The notes below the pieces were generated by a model. The model saw only the letters and a list, made by a program, of their open reading frames with translations, had not been told where the DNA came from and did not search any database. A stretch of DNA of 64,000 bases, taken from Octopus bimaculoides (lineage: Eukaryota). Every line of letters starts with the position of its first letter. Positions within the stretch are counted from its first letter, which is position 1. This document shows positions 13,071 to 24,676 of this stretch, one piece after another. The translations under genes were made by a program, and so were the position numbers. The DNA is taken from NCBI RefSeq assembly GCF_001194135.2, contig NC_068994.1, positions 22,447,928-22,511,927 on the forward strand, given 5' to 3'.

Positions 13071-13791
13071 GATTATTTTAATAGACGGCTATCTTCAAAG
13101 CGTATGGCCTTGTGTTATGTTAGAAATTATTTCTAGGCTATAAGATGATAGAAACACAAGATAGAGTCGAGAAAAATCATGTTTATGAACGATATTACGT
13201 AAGAGAACGTGAATTATGAAAACAAAATCTAAGAGCTCAAGAGTAAAAACTTTTTTAGAGTTATTTAAAAAAATAATCAAACTTTGTTGAAGAGGGGAAA
13301 AAGATGATCAACCACCCATCATCATGAGAATTAGATACAACAGCAAAGAAATAAGTAACAGACATAATAAATTCCTGTAATTAGTGAAAAGAGGAAGGTC
13401 ATTGAGGAAAAAGACTCCAACAAGTGACAATACCTTAAAAATATCAAGCCATTAATAAAGGTTTCTGGTGGAAGTTTCTTTGTCTGAACGTCTAATTGAT
13501 GAAATGTGGGAGACAACAATGTCGGTGTTCACAATGAAAAAACATCCGGGTAAAATTTGTTATGAAAAAATATCCGGATTAAATTTATTGCTAGTTTTGG
13601 AAATATGTTATTGAAATATCGGGAAATTTACTTGAAAATAATAGTAAATTTAAATTTTGGACAATATTAGTAAATTGTAACTAAAAAGATAGAAGGATAA
13701 TTACAATAATTATAATGTTGTCTCCCCTTGACTATTCATGTCGGCAAGTAGTTTCCCCCCTGCTGCTGCTACTGTTATTTATTTCCCCCAG

Positions 13792-13806
13792 GTTAAATCA
13801 GAAAAG
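13792..13806 (+). other. Candidate 15-nt UTR micro-exon, or 3' end of first exon of ZNF B
   Basis: atttcccccag|GTTAAATCAGAAAAG|gtaagt. Candidate downstream acceptor tttttttatattatttag| at 20549. Confidence 0.4.
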
Positions 13807-15049
13807 GTAAGTGTGTAACTTGGTTAGGTAGACTTAAAGGATATATGAAAGAATAGATGTATCAGTTGCAAAACCAGAAATACTTTCGATACCTCCTATT
13901 GCTATAGTTTTTGATTTAGTGTAAGCTGAAGTTTAGCTGCTGACATGACAGCAACTCGACTTCAGTGTCACAGATGTTCGAAATGACTGAAAAAAAAGAG
14001 CTTGCTTTTAAATAACTTGCTTCGTGTCTGATTCTACCATATCTTCAATGTTATTTTATTAAACTGCCTCTCGTTTTCCTAGATCATTTAAGAATACCTA
14101 AAAAATATAGCCGTATAGAGAACAAGGGACAGTTCTCTAAATCTAAACTGCTGTGTATCAGTGAACTCTTCTATTTTATCGATGTTTTTCGTATTTATTT
14201 ATTTATTTATTGCGGAATCCCACAAACTCTTAACCCTGACAAAATGTCATTCAAGATGTTTTAACTTCTCAACTTCTATCGCCATATGTCCCTTTCGCTG
14301 GACACTTCTAATAGTCTTTTCCTTGTATTTAAATAGCCCAGAAGCTACTTTCTGCTTATATTTTTGTATTTATTAAATTTTATTTTCTGTTTTGCTTTTG
14401 CTGCTGTAAATAATCATAATCGCTGATGTGTTTTATATAAAGTTTGTAACCGTGTTTCAAATGTTTAACTCCATCAGTTTTTGTTCGAGCACGTCACTTT
14501 ACGCTTGCAGGCTCTCGCTTTTTATTGGCATACTTACAGTTGTGTTTCTTCTATTATTATAGCCAACAACATTATCTTTTTTCTTCTCTCTATCCTCTTC
14601 TCATTACATTAATTTCATTCATATTGAACGGGCATCGGATAGAAAGCAGAATTATGTGATCTGTTGATTCTCACCTTAAACTGAGAAGGAAAAATTTAGT
14701 ACAGCAAGCCCCTAGCTGCATCAGTAATGAAAGGTGGTTTTCTTATAAAATTTGTGTATAATTCTTTATAATACTAGTAAAACTAATTGCTTAAAGTGGG
14801 GCAAATTGATTGTATTACATTGATCTGTGATAATTGATTGTCTTCCGTGATAGATTGGTGAAAATATTTCGAGTTAGAAGAAAGATAATTGTTTTTTTTT
14901 TTACAACATAGGTCCTACACACACATAGTTATTTCAAAGCAAGTTTAAGAATAACAACGGAACATTTACTGCTGGGGAGTCAAATATTTAAAAATTTATT
15001 TTTGACAGGGACTTTAAATTTATACTGACGGATTATTTAACCGAGTTGA

Positions 15050-15260
15050 ACATGTGTCATTGTTTTAACGTCCACTTTTCCATGTTTATAAGGGTCAAAC
15101 AAAATGTTGAGTGAAATTTTTCCTACAATCGGATGGGCTTTTGTCACCAACCCTCACCTATTTCCTGGCAAGGTTATAATTCCCTGGATTTATCAAACAA
15201 TGAGCGGTCCGGACATGCTTTGCGTAGAGAATTGTAAACAAATGACACTTTGTTTGAATA
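15050..15260 (-). mobile_element. RTE-type tail copy
   Basis: cattgttttaacgtccacttttccatg...ttgtcaccaaccctcacc. Confidence 0.7.
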
Positions 15261-17016
15261 GTAGATTTGCTTGAAGTAGATTCTCACTAACTCATTCATA
15301 CTCTCCATTCAACCCTTCCCATTAGCAAAACTATTTTTTTTTAATTCCAATAATTTTGAATTCTTTTCCAGTGAATTGCATCAAATCAGTTTGCCATCGT
15401 TTTTTTTTTTTTTTTTTTTTTTTCCACAATTGCTGTCTTAAAACACTTGGATGCTTATTACTGTCCCATCCTACCCTAGGTTCTGCTTTTGTAATAAGGG
15501 TAGTAGCCGTAATTGAATTTAAATGAATGTAAACTTTTTTTTTTTTTACTTATAAGGATACACTTTATTATTGTAAATGAAAGTAATGATTATGATAGCA
15601 CACATTTATTTTTTATAATTAAAATATGAATAACTGGAGTAGCACAATCTATTAATATGATTCCTGCAACTGATGATGACTAGCTGCAAGTTTTGCAATA
15701 TTTGGTTCCAAATTTAATAAATGAAGTCATAAATCCCCACATTGTGCTACTTCAATTCATTTTCTAATTGTTGGTCAAAATTTAATTTTGTAACCCAGCC
15801 AAAGGTCAGACATCCTCAGTTTAATTAAATCTTGTATCCAAATCTTCCTTCAGTTGTTTTTAATGTGCACACCAGGTCCTCAGATTATCATCTGAATAAT
15901 TGAGAAAGACTTTTTTTTTTGATGGAAACTGACAGAACTCATGTTGACTGCAATTGAATTGAAATGGTTTCATTTCATTTGCAAATTCAAGCAGTTCATC
16001 CTGTCATAGATATCTGCTATCTCCATGAATTAAGTTAATGTCTTTGGCTTGTTAGTCATCATGATTTCTAAGTAGAAATTCAAACTAATGTTATCAAGTT
16101 GGAAGAAGTATTTTATACAGGACCCTTTATGTGAAGAAGGAGTGCTTTAAAATTTTCATTATCTCTTCACATAAATGATGGAACAGCTTAGTGTTTAAGG
16201 TCTGAGCTTTGATTTTTGCTAATAATCATTATTATTAAAGCTAAGCTTGAAGACAGTTGTCTACTTAGTTTCTAAGAAATAAGGTGTTGCTGATGTATTT
16301 CACAGGAAATTGTGAATAGATTAGGCATTTCCTTTTACATATATAGCATCAGACCAGCTTGGAAACCTGTTATAGGTGGTATACCATTAGTTGTGCATGA
16401 TAACATACTACTGAAGAGAATATTTTATCTTAAAGGTAACCTTTAAACTTCAAAAATTGTTTTTCTCTTTGTATCCATTTTCAAAGATTTACATGTAAAC
16501 CATCAATAAAGTTTCATTACCACACAGTTGATTTGCTAAAACTATATGCCAAATGCTCTCTTTCTGCATTTCATGCACTTCTCATTTTCACTATCCTCAC
16601 TCATTTCATCAATATTACTAAGAGGAACCAATTTTAAAGTATCTGTTTCTACTTTTAAGGATTATGGTAAGGAATATCAGAAACTAGTGGTATTACTAAA
16701 GTCTCTCTGATTATGTTTCCACATCAAGCTATTAGTTATGATATTTCATGTGAAGTAATGAGACATTTGTCAAGTTTCGGATTAGATTAAAAAAATATAT
16801 ATATATATCCAAAGTATGGTGTCTTTCACACATCTTTTCCGTCTTTTTTAACATGAACATTTTTTGGATACTTTTTCAAAAAGTTGTCTTTTAGGCACAA
16901 TGATTTCATAGTTTCCACAAATATCCCACATATAATACTGATGATCCACAGGTAGAGCAATAACTCCATGCTGCAGGTAGTTTATAATTATCCTGATAAA
17001 CTTGGGTTTTAGTTCC

Positions 17017-17047
<31 letters not shown>

Positions 17048-17527
17048 TTGGCAAAACTGTTTAGCAATTTTCATTCATTTTTCCCATTTGCTCAGAATGA
17101 TAAGAAATATCAGAAATTTAAAAGGAACTGTAGTGCTAAGGTCTTCCAAAATTGCCTTGAAATAAACTTGGATTTCGATATTTACTCTGCTTTTGGTGAA
17201 ACTTTGTGGTGGGCAGGGCTGGATGCTGTTGTCCATGTACAGGTGGGAAACTTGTGTCTTTGGGTGAGTGAATTAATTGGTGGACACTCAAAATGGATGA
17301 CACCCACTATAAGTTCAGATCAATTCAGATTATGATATGTTTGATTCCTCAATTCTTAAATCTACATACATGGTGCTTCACTCATTGATGAGTGAAAGGG
17401 TTGACCATTCTTCTGGGGATTAAGTTTATCCTTTTTTGTTTAGCAACAGTGGTGCTGAGATGTTTGAGATTTTAATAAACGGGAATAAGCTGTAAAAAAT
17501 TAGGGATTAGGTTGACCTGTCAACTCA

Positions 17528-17750
17528 TAAATATTGGTTTGAAATTTTGGCACCAGGCCAGGAATTTTGGGGTTTGGGAGTAAGTCGATTACATCAACCC
17601 CAGTACTCAACTGGTACTTATTTTATTGACCCCGCCCCCTCAAAAGGATGAAAGGCAAAGTCAACCTTGGCGGAATTTGAACTCCAAGTAAAGACGGACA
17701 AAATACCACTAAACCATTTTGTCTGACATGCCAGCTTGCTGTCTTTGTCA
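17528..17750 (-). mobile_element. SINE family A
   Basis: aaattttggcaccaggccagg...aaaggatgaaaggcaaagtcaaccttggcggaatttgaactc. Confidence 0.85.
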
Positions 17751-18033
17751 ACTCGTAAACGTTAAAACAATGCCATGCTGCTGCTCATACATTCTCAATA
17801 ATGGATGACATTTTGTTTCAAGACATGGCCATTTAATTGTATTAAGAAATTGTTAATTAAAATAAAAACCATCACGGAAAACTTTACATCAAGATAGATT
17901 TACTTATACTGGTGTTCCCAGAGATCATTTGATTGAAAAATTCACACCACCATGCCAAGAAAGATGTCAGGTCTACACCAAAGATCTTTGAATCGTAGTG
18001 CATGGAATGCACTCTGGGACATTCATACAGTTT

Positions 18034-18250
18034 CAACCCTTCAACATTCTGATTACTCTCTCCAATGTAATGCTTATTTATTTATATTGTTTATGACTTA
18101 ATCATGCATTGTCTCATAGCTTCGAAATCTCAATGGTGTGATTATTTATTTTTAGAATGACATTGTAGGATAAGTCTGAGAGATCAGATATGGCTAGTTT
18201 GAACATAAAATAGGTAGAATGTTTAGACTGGATATGGTCTGTTTAAACAC
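18034..18250 (+). mobile_element. ~220-bp piggyBac-like MITE (TTAA-CCC...GGG-TTAA family), copy 1
   Basis: Aligns by eye with copies at 18787, 20089 and 49685. Confidence 0.7.
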
Positions 18251-18786
18251 TTTTTTAAATAGGAATAAAAATTACATTTGACTAAAACCCCTCAAGGTGG
18301 TACCCCAGCATGGCCACAGTCCATTGACTGAAACAAGTGAAAGACTCAAGATTTAATCTATTAAAATATAATCAAATTTGGCAGCACATTCAGTTGTTCT
18401 TCCTTTTTCCTTACTTCACTGACAATTTACTTACGGCCATACTCAAGCCTCTAAACACCCCCACCCCATAATATTTTGCTCACCACCTCCTCATAACTGC
18501 AAATTTCTTCTTCTCTAAGAACATTGTGGATCCTGTTGGGAAACACTGCATTACATGCTTATTGGTGTTGCACAAAGCATTCACTTTTTGTCTGTAGACC
18601 ATATTGCATTTCATGTCACTTGGTATCATAAACTTAGCAAGGTTTTCTTAGTTTATTTATATTTTTTATGACTATGATCATAATATTGTATTGATGGTAC
18701 ATGATTTAGAGGAGGAGGATTTGGTCAAGGATTGGAACTTGTGAACTGACTGTGTCATTTTTATTATTTTATTATTTTACTTGCTT

Positions 18787-18960
18787 CATGTTCAAACTGG
18801 CCAAATCTGGCCCCTCACACCTATTCTACAATGTCATTCAAAAAATAAACTATCACATCATCAAACACTTGAAGCTACAAGATAATGCATGGTTAATTCA
18901 AAACAATGTAAATAAATAAGTATTACATTTGACAGAATAATCTGAATGCTAATGGGTTAA
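18787..18960 (-). mobile_element. piggyBac-like MITE, copy 2 (inverted, truncated)
   Basis: Ends atgctaatgggttaa; reverse complement matches the 49685 copy. Confidence 0.75.
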
Positions 18961-19653
18961 AGTTTTATTTCTTATTCATGTAAGTTTATTGGGAATTTGA
19001 ATTTCTTAGTGCTGCTTCATCAGCAGTACATTGGTTTTCATTGTCATATTTATTTCTTGTTGATCATCATTGACACAATCAGTTCTGTGACCTGTTTTCA
19101 TTTTCCTCAGCAACATCATCCAGCAGATATTTAGTGTTCAGTTAGATTAGTTAAGAAAGTTATTGGCCTCATTGAATATAACATACATGAATTTATATAT
19201 ATATATATATCTCACAATTTTATTCTTGGTGTTTATATTATTTGAATGGCTTCAGAAATAAATACTGTAAACACTTAGATGTAAAGAAGAGATAAAAGAA
19301 AAGGGCATCCTGAGATAAAGCGGTTAGATCAGATTAGTGAGATCTTACAAATAAAATGCCAACAAACAACTATAGCTTGAAGGACTAATGCAAAGTTGTG
19401 TCATTTATACGAGCAGGAACATTTGTTGTTTTGTAGTTGATGAAATCTAAAGGTCATTATCTACCTTTAATTTCCAACCTAGTGACAAGTAGTAGCAAAT
19501 ATTCTCAGTTCAGAAATAGTTTATAATAAAAATAAAAGTGAGAAACACTTATTTGTTCCTTGCATTAAATATAGCCTTTAGAACACAAAATGTGAAATAT
19601 ATGTTTCACATTTTCTGTTCTAATGTATCCATAAATAGGTCATCAGTGCCGTT

Positions 19654-19691
<38 letters not shown>

Positions 19692-20088
19692 AAAATCTTG
19701 CCTTATTTCTGGCTGCATGATTAGTCAAGTGATGTAAATATATGTTTGTATTTTAGATATATAATAATTCTTGCAGTGAATTTAAATTCCTGATTCACAG
19801 ACGATAACTCCAGTATTTATCCATTCAATAATAATATGGATAGATTAGATAAATAATTTCATTTTATTTCAAAATTTATATTTGCTCTGTAAATAATAAT
19901 TTGATCTTTGAAATTGTATGAGGACTAGATTAGTTTTAGATATAGATGATAACTCTTATAATCAGATTAGAATTATTAACATGGTTGGAATCTTTTCCAT
20001 AAATTTCATCATTCTTCTTCATTCTTGATCTCTTGGTAAAGTTAAATTGTTAAAATAAGCCAACTTCTGTACAGTGTAAATCTCTTTA

Positions 20089-20316
20089 TTAAGCCTGTAG
20101 CTTTCAGATTACTTTGTCAAATTTAATGCATACTTATTCAAATTTTAAAAAATTGATCATGCATTATCTTGTAGCTTTGAGATTTCAATGATGTGGTTGT
20201 TTATTTTTACATTGACATTGTAGGGTAGGTATAAGATGCTGGATCTGGACATTTTGAACATAAAACAGGTAGAATATTTGGGCCTGATAGAGCCAATTTA
20301 AATGCTAATGGGCTAA
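20089..20316 (+). mobile_element. piggyBac-like MITE, copy 3
   Basis: ttaagcc...cagattactttgtc...aaatgctaatgggctaa. Confidence 0.7.
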
Positions 20317-20679
20317 ATAAAAACAACTGATATTTCTATTCCTGAATATAATTAGTACTCATAAAAAATATTTTTTAATAAAATTATTATAAGCAAACTA
20401 CTGTTTCATGTTATACATTTAATTGCTAATAAACCTAGTTATTTCACTTCACTTGTTTATAATTTTTTTCTTCATAAAAGTTTTCATTTATTCAGAACTG
20501 TATGTTGATTAATATTAATAATAGTTATTAATTTTTTTATATTATTTAGTGTAAAGTCTGAAAAACCTTGCTGTCAATACTGGAAGCTGAAAAATTTGTT
20601 CTACTATTTGTCTAAAAGTAATCCCATAAAATCCTTACAGTATTTAATGCCTGAAAGTTGACTTTATGAAGGTAGTAAA

Positions 20680-22122
20680 ATGTATTCTGGCCAACCAGTT
20701 TATCCAAGTTTTGGGAACCATTATAATTATCACAGTTGTGGAATCTCTTATCCTTCCAATGACCAGGCTCAAACATACAAGAATGTACCTCATAACTCAA
20801 AGAAACCATATAAATGTGATGTATGCCGAAAAGGTTTTACACTAAAAGCTTATTTAAATAAGCATGAATTAGCTTCAGCAACAGGAAAACACTTCAACTG
20901 TGCCTTCTGTGGGAAAGTATTCAGCCAAAGAGATAAATTGAAGAATCATGAACACACACATACTGGTGAAAGACCATATACCTGTGAAGTATGCTGTAAA
21001 GCATTCAGTCAGAGAACACATTTGAACAGTCATAAACGTATTCATACAGGAGAAAAACCATTTACATGTTTGATTTGTCGGAAATCCTTCTCACAGAAAT
21101 CGCATCTTAATAACCATGAACGTACCCATACAGGGGAAAAGCCTTTTATGTGTTCTGTTTGCTGTAAGGCATTTAGTCAAAGAACACATCTCAATAGTCA
21201 TGAACGTATTCATTCTGGTATTAAACCTTTTGTTTGCTTAATTTGCAACAAAGCATTTGCACAGAAGGATCATCTCAACAACCATGAAAGGATTCACACT
21301 GGAGAAAAGCCATTTAAATGTGATGTATGTAAGAAAGCATTCAGTCAGAGGACTCATTTGAATAATCATAAGCGTGTTCATACTGGAGAGAAACCATTTA
21401 AGTGCAGTGTATGTCAAAAAGCATTCAGTCAAAGAACACATTTAAATAAACATCAGCATACACACACTGGAGAAAAACCTTATAAATGTGAAGTGTGCAA
21501 GAAAGCATTTTCTCAACGATCACATCTTAAAAAACATGGACATTCACACATAGGGGTATCAAATGACACTGGTATGTCTCAAAGACGAAATCAAACACCA
21601 AACCAACTTCAGCTGGAACCTATCTCAGCAGGTACTGGCAGTAGTGAGCTTCAGCAGCCAGCAGCTGTTACTACTGCTCCTGCTATGGGATCAATGTGCA
21701 CACATCATCAAATGGTGGCTCCTAGACCAGATCATAATCATGCATGGGTGAGGGGATTCCCTGTGTCACCTACATCATGGACAACTACCAGCTGGGTAAC
21801 TTCAAGCAATGTTCCTTCATGTACAGCTGGACACAATATATCCCCATGTACAGGTGGACACAATATATCTCCATGTACAGGTGGACACAATATGTCCACA
21901 TGTACAGCTGGACACAATATATCCACATGTACAGCTGGACACAATATATCCACATGTACAGGTGGACATACAATGTCACCATGTTCTGGAGGACATGATA
22001 TATCCCCATGTATTAGTGGACACAACATGTCCCCATGTACAGGTGGACATGACATGTCCTCATGTACAGCTGGACACAACATATCCTCATGTACAAGTGG
22101 ACACAGCAAGCAATCAGATTAG
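20680..22122 (+). CDS. C2H2 zinc-finger protein B (480 aa, single coding exon; 1 degenerate + 8 canonical fingers, C-terminal 9-aa Cys/His repeat)
   Basis: Uninterrupted ORF with eight canonical fingers and TGE(K/R)P-type linkers (array 20815-21549). In-frame TGA at 20659 upstream and gtaaaATG context support this start. Confidence 0.94.
   Translation: MYSGQPVYPSFGNHYNYHSCGISYPSNDQAQTYKNVPHNSKKPYKCDVCRKGFTLKAYLNKHELASATGKHFNCAFCGKVFSQRDKLKNHEHTHTGERPYTCEVCCKAFSQRTHLNSHKRIHTGEKPFTCLICRKSFSQKSHLNNHERTHTGEKPFMCSVCCKAFSQRTHLNSHERIHSGIKPFVCLICNKAFAQKDHLNNHERIHTGEKPFKCDVCKKAFSQRTHLNNHKRVHTGEKPFKCSVCQKAFSQRTHLNKHQHTHTGEKPYKCEVCKKAFSQRSHLKKHGHSHIGVSNDTGMSQRRNQTPNQLQLEPISAGTGSSELQQPAAVTTAPAMGSMCTHHQMVAPRPDHNHAWVRGFPVSPTSWTTTSWVTSSNVPSCTAGHNISPCTGGHNISPCTGGHNMSTCTAGHNISTCTAGHNISTCTGGHTMSPCSGGHDISPCISGHNMSPCTGGHDMSSCTAGHNISSCTSGHSKQSD
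21820..22104 (+). repeat. Coding 27-bp tandem repeat, 10 full copies + 1 partial (C-T-[AG]-G-H-N-[IM]-S-[PT])
   Basis: Unit tgtacagctggacacaatatatcccca; Cys codons recur every 27 nt from 21820 to 22090. Confidence 0.95.
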
Positions 22123-22988
22123 ATGTTTTATTCAGTCTCTGTTAAGTTTCTTAAATTTATTAGACATTAAAAGAAATTACATATATATATTGTTAATTAA
22201 TACTATATTGCTATGATGTTTAGGTATTTTACCTCCACTTCATTTTCAATGCAGAAAGAAAGGTATTGTTATTTAATATTTTACAAAGGATACATTTTCC
22301 TTCTAATGAGAGTTATGTAATTATCATAAAACATTTTAATATATTTTATTTTCCTTCAGATTGTATTATCTCGTAACCTTTTGTTTTATTCTACTTTTTT
22401 TTTTTACTTATGTTTTATTTCAAACAATCAATTGCTAAAGCCGCTGCAATTATCATAGTGAGCAACAGAAATAGTAATGCTCCTTATTATTCTAAATGTT
22501 TAAAAAAAATTCTATTACTTTATTATTTGTGCTTTCAAATGTTCAATTTTCTGTTTAAAATGTGTGTTTTGCTGCATGAAAAGACAAACATTTCTCATAG
22601 TTTCTCTTACAATTTGGCAACTTTTTGTTTTTCAATTTTGTTGCTTTATCCAATGCTACATCACTCTATTAAACAGTTATTAATATGGCATTTTATACAA
22701 GACACACTTTTTAAACTTATTTTATCCAACTGCTACATCAACTTATTTTTTTATGATTCATATCTGTGTCAAATCATGATTGTATTCCACCCTTCAATTT
22801 TCATCACTTTCATTTTCTTATAGTTGAAAGATAGCAAGACTAAAACATTCTACAAGTAATTATCCCATTACCTCCTGTAACCTTAGACATATGATGTTAT
22901 AGTAGGCGTTTATTTTATTTTGCTTTATTGATCCCCACCCCAATGATTTAATTATACGCTCCCTATCATATGTATATATGCATATATA

Positions 22989-23907
22989 TTAGGTTGTCAA
23001 GAAAGTTCTTGTGGTTTTTAACCTTTAAATTCAGATGCACATATCTTGGCTCAAACAAAACTTTATTAATCGAAATAAACACCATCAGAATCAACACATT
23101 TTTGCCAACGTGAAACAGGTTTATTTATGCCAATAGTGTAAAAATCCTGCATTCTGGTGGCGATGAAGTCGTTGAAGGCATGTTTGGCATCGTCTTGGCT
23201 TTTGAAGCATTTCTCACGCAGGAAGTTGTTGAGACACTTGAAAAAGTGGTAGTCGGTAGGCGAGAGGTCTGGTGAGTATGGAGGATGAGGTAGAGTTTCG
23301 TAGCTGCAGGGTCAGTTGTGCGACGTGCAGCTGAGCATTGTCGTGGAGAAGAATTGGTCCTTTTCTATTGACCAATGCTGGCTGTTGTTGTTGGAGTTTC
23401 TTATGCATTTCATCTATTTGCTGACAGTACTTCTCTGCCATAATAATTTTGCCTGGATCCAAAAAGCAGTGATGGATGAGACCAGTGGCAGACCACCAAA
23501 CAGTCACCATGACCTTGTTTTGGTGCAACTTTGGCTTCGGGAAGTGCTGTGAAGCTCCGTTGGTATCCAGCCACTGAGCTAAGCATCACCAGTTGTTATA
23601 AAGAATCCACTTTTCATTGCAAGTCACAATCTGGTCGAGAAACGGGTCGTTCTTGTTGCATAAAAGAAAGGAAGACGACACTTCAAGACAGTGTTTTTTT
23701 GGTTGTCGTTCAATTCGTGCGGCACCCATTTCTCAAGTATTTTTGTTTTTCCAATCTCTTTCAAGTGGTTGGAAATTGTCATGTATGTTACGTCTAATTC
23801 AGAAGCAAGCTCTCGAACAGTTGTGCGTGGATTGGCTTCCACTAAGGCTCTTAGTTGATCGTTGTCAACATCCGATAGCCAACCACTACGCTTATCATCT
23901 TCAAGAC
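22989..23907 (-). mobile_element. mariner (Mos1/Hsmar1-like DD34D) transposon, frameshifted, 5' end lost in a gap
   Basis: TA|ttaggttgtc terminus. Transposase pieces include WVPHEL, KVMVTVWW, LLHDNA and a YSPDL-type region. Confidence 0.92.
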
Positions 23908-24676
23908 NNNNNNNNNNNNNNNNNNNNNNNNNNNNNNNNNNNNNNNNNNNNNNNNNNNNNNNNNNNNNNNNNNNNNNNNNNNNNNNNNNNNNNNNNNNNN
24001 NNNNNNNNNNNNNNNNNNNNNNNNNNNNNNNNNNNNNNNNNNNNNNNNNNNNNNNNNNNNNNNNNNNNNNNNNNNNNNNNNNNNNNNNNNNNNNNNNNNN
24101 NNNNNNNNNNNNNNNNNNNNNNNNNNNNNNNNNNNNNNNNNNNNNNNNNNNNNNNNNNNNNNNNNNNNNNNNNNNNNNNNNNNNNNNNNNNNNNNNNNNN
24201 NNNNNNNNNNNNNNNNNNNNNNNNNNNNNNNNNNNNNNNNNNNNNNNNNNNNNNNNNNNNNNNNNNNNNNNNNNNNNNNNNNNNNNNNNNNNNNNNNNNN
24301 NNNNNNNNNNNNNNNNNNNNNNNNNNNNNNNNNNNNNNNNNNNNNNNNNNNNNNNNNNNNNNNNNNNNNNNNNNNNNNNNNNNNNNNNNNNNNNNNNNNN
24401 NNNNNNNNNNNNNNNNNNNNNNNNNNNNNNNNNNNNNNNNNNNNNNNNNNNNNNNNNNNNNNNNNNNNNNNNNNNNNNNNNNNNNNNNNNNNNNNNNNNN
24501 NNNNNNNNNNNNNNNNNNNNNNNNNNNNNNNNNNNNNNNNNNNNNNNNNNNNNNNNNNNNNNNNNNNNNNNNNNNNNNNNNNNNNNNNNNNNNNNNNNNN
24601 NNNNNNNNNNNNNNNNNNNNNNNNNNNNNNNNNNNNNNNNNNNNATATACATACACACACATACACATACATACAC

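Larger units (their letters stand above)
12000..14700. promoter_or_regulatory. CpG-richer interval between the two ZNF genes; candidate bidirectional promoter and first exons
   Basis: CpGs visibly more frequent than in flanks (not counted). Outward-facing donors: AAG|GTAAGT (plus, exon end 13806) and AAG|GTAAAG (minus, exon end 12450). Confidence 0.45.

Noticed and set aside
21820-22104. Regularly spaced repeats suggesting CRISPR (also the ~60-bp units at 7900-8100 and 31700-31980)
   Set aside because: Head-to-tail tandem repeats without unique spacers, in a eukaryotic context with no cas genes.
21738-22216. Repetitive ORFs in other frames and on the opposite strand over the ZNF B tail; also 3917-4306 and 3930-4124 over ZNF A
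   Set aside because: Shadows of the coding tandem repeat or finger array; no independent start or splice support.
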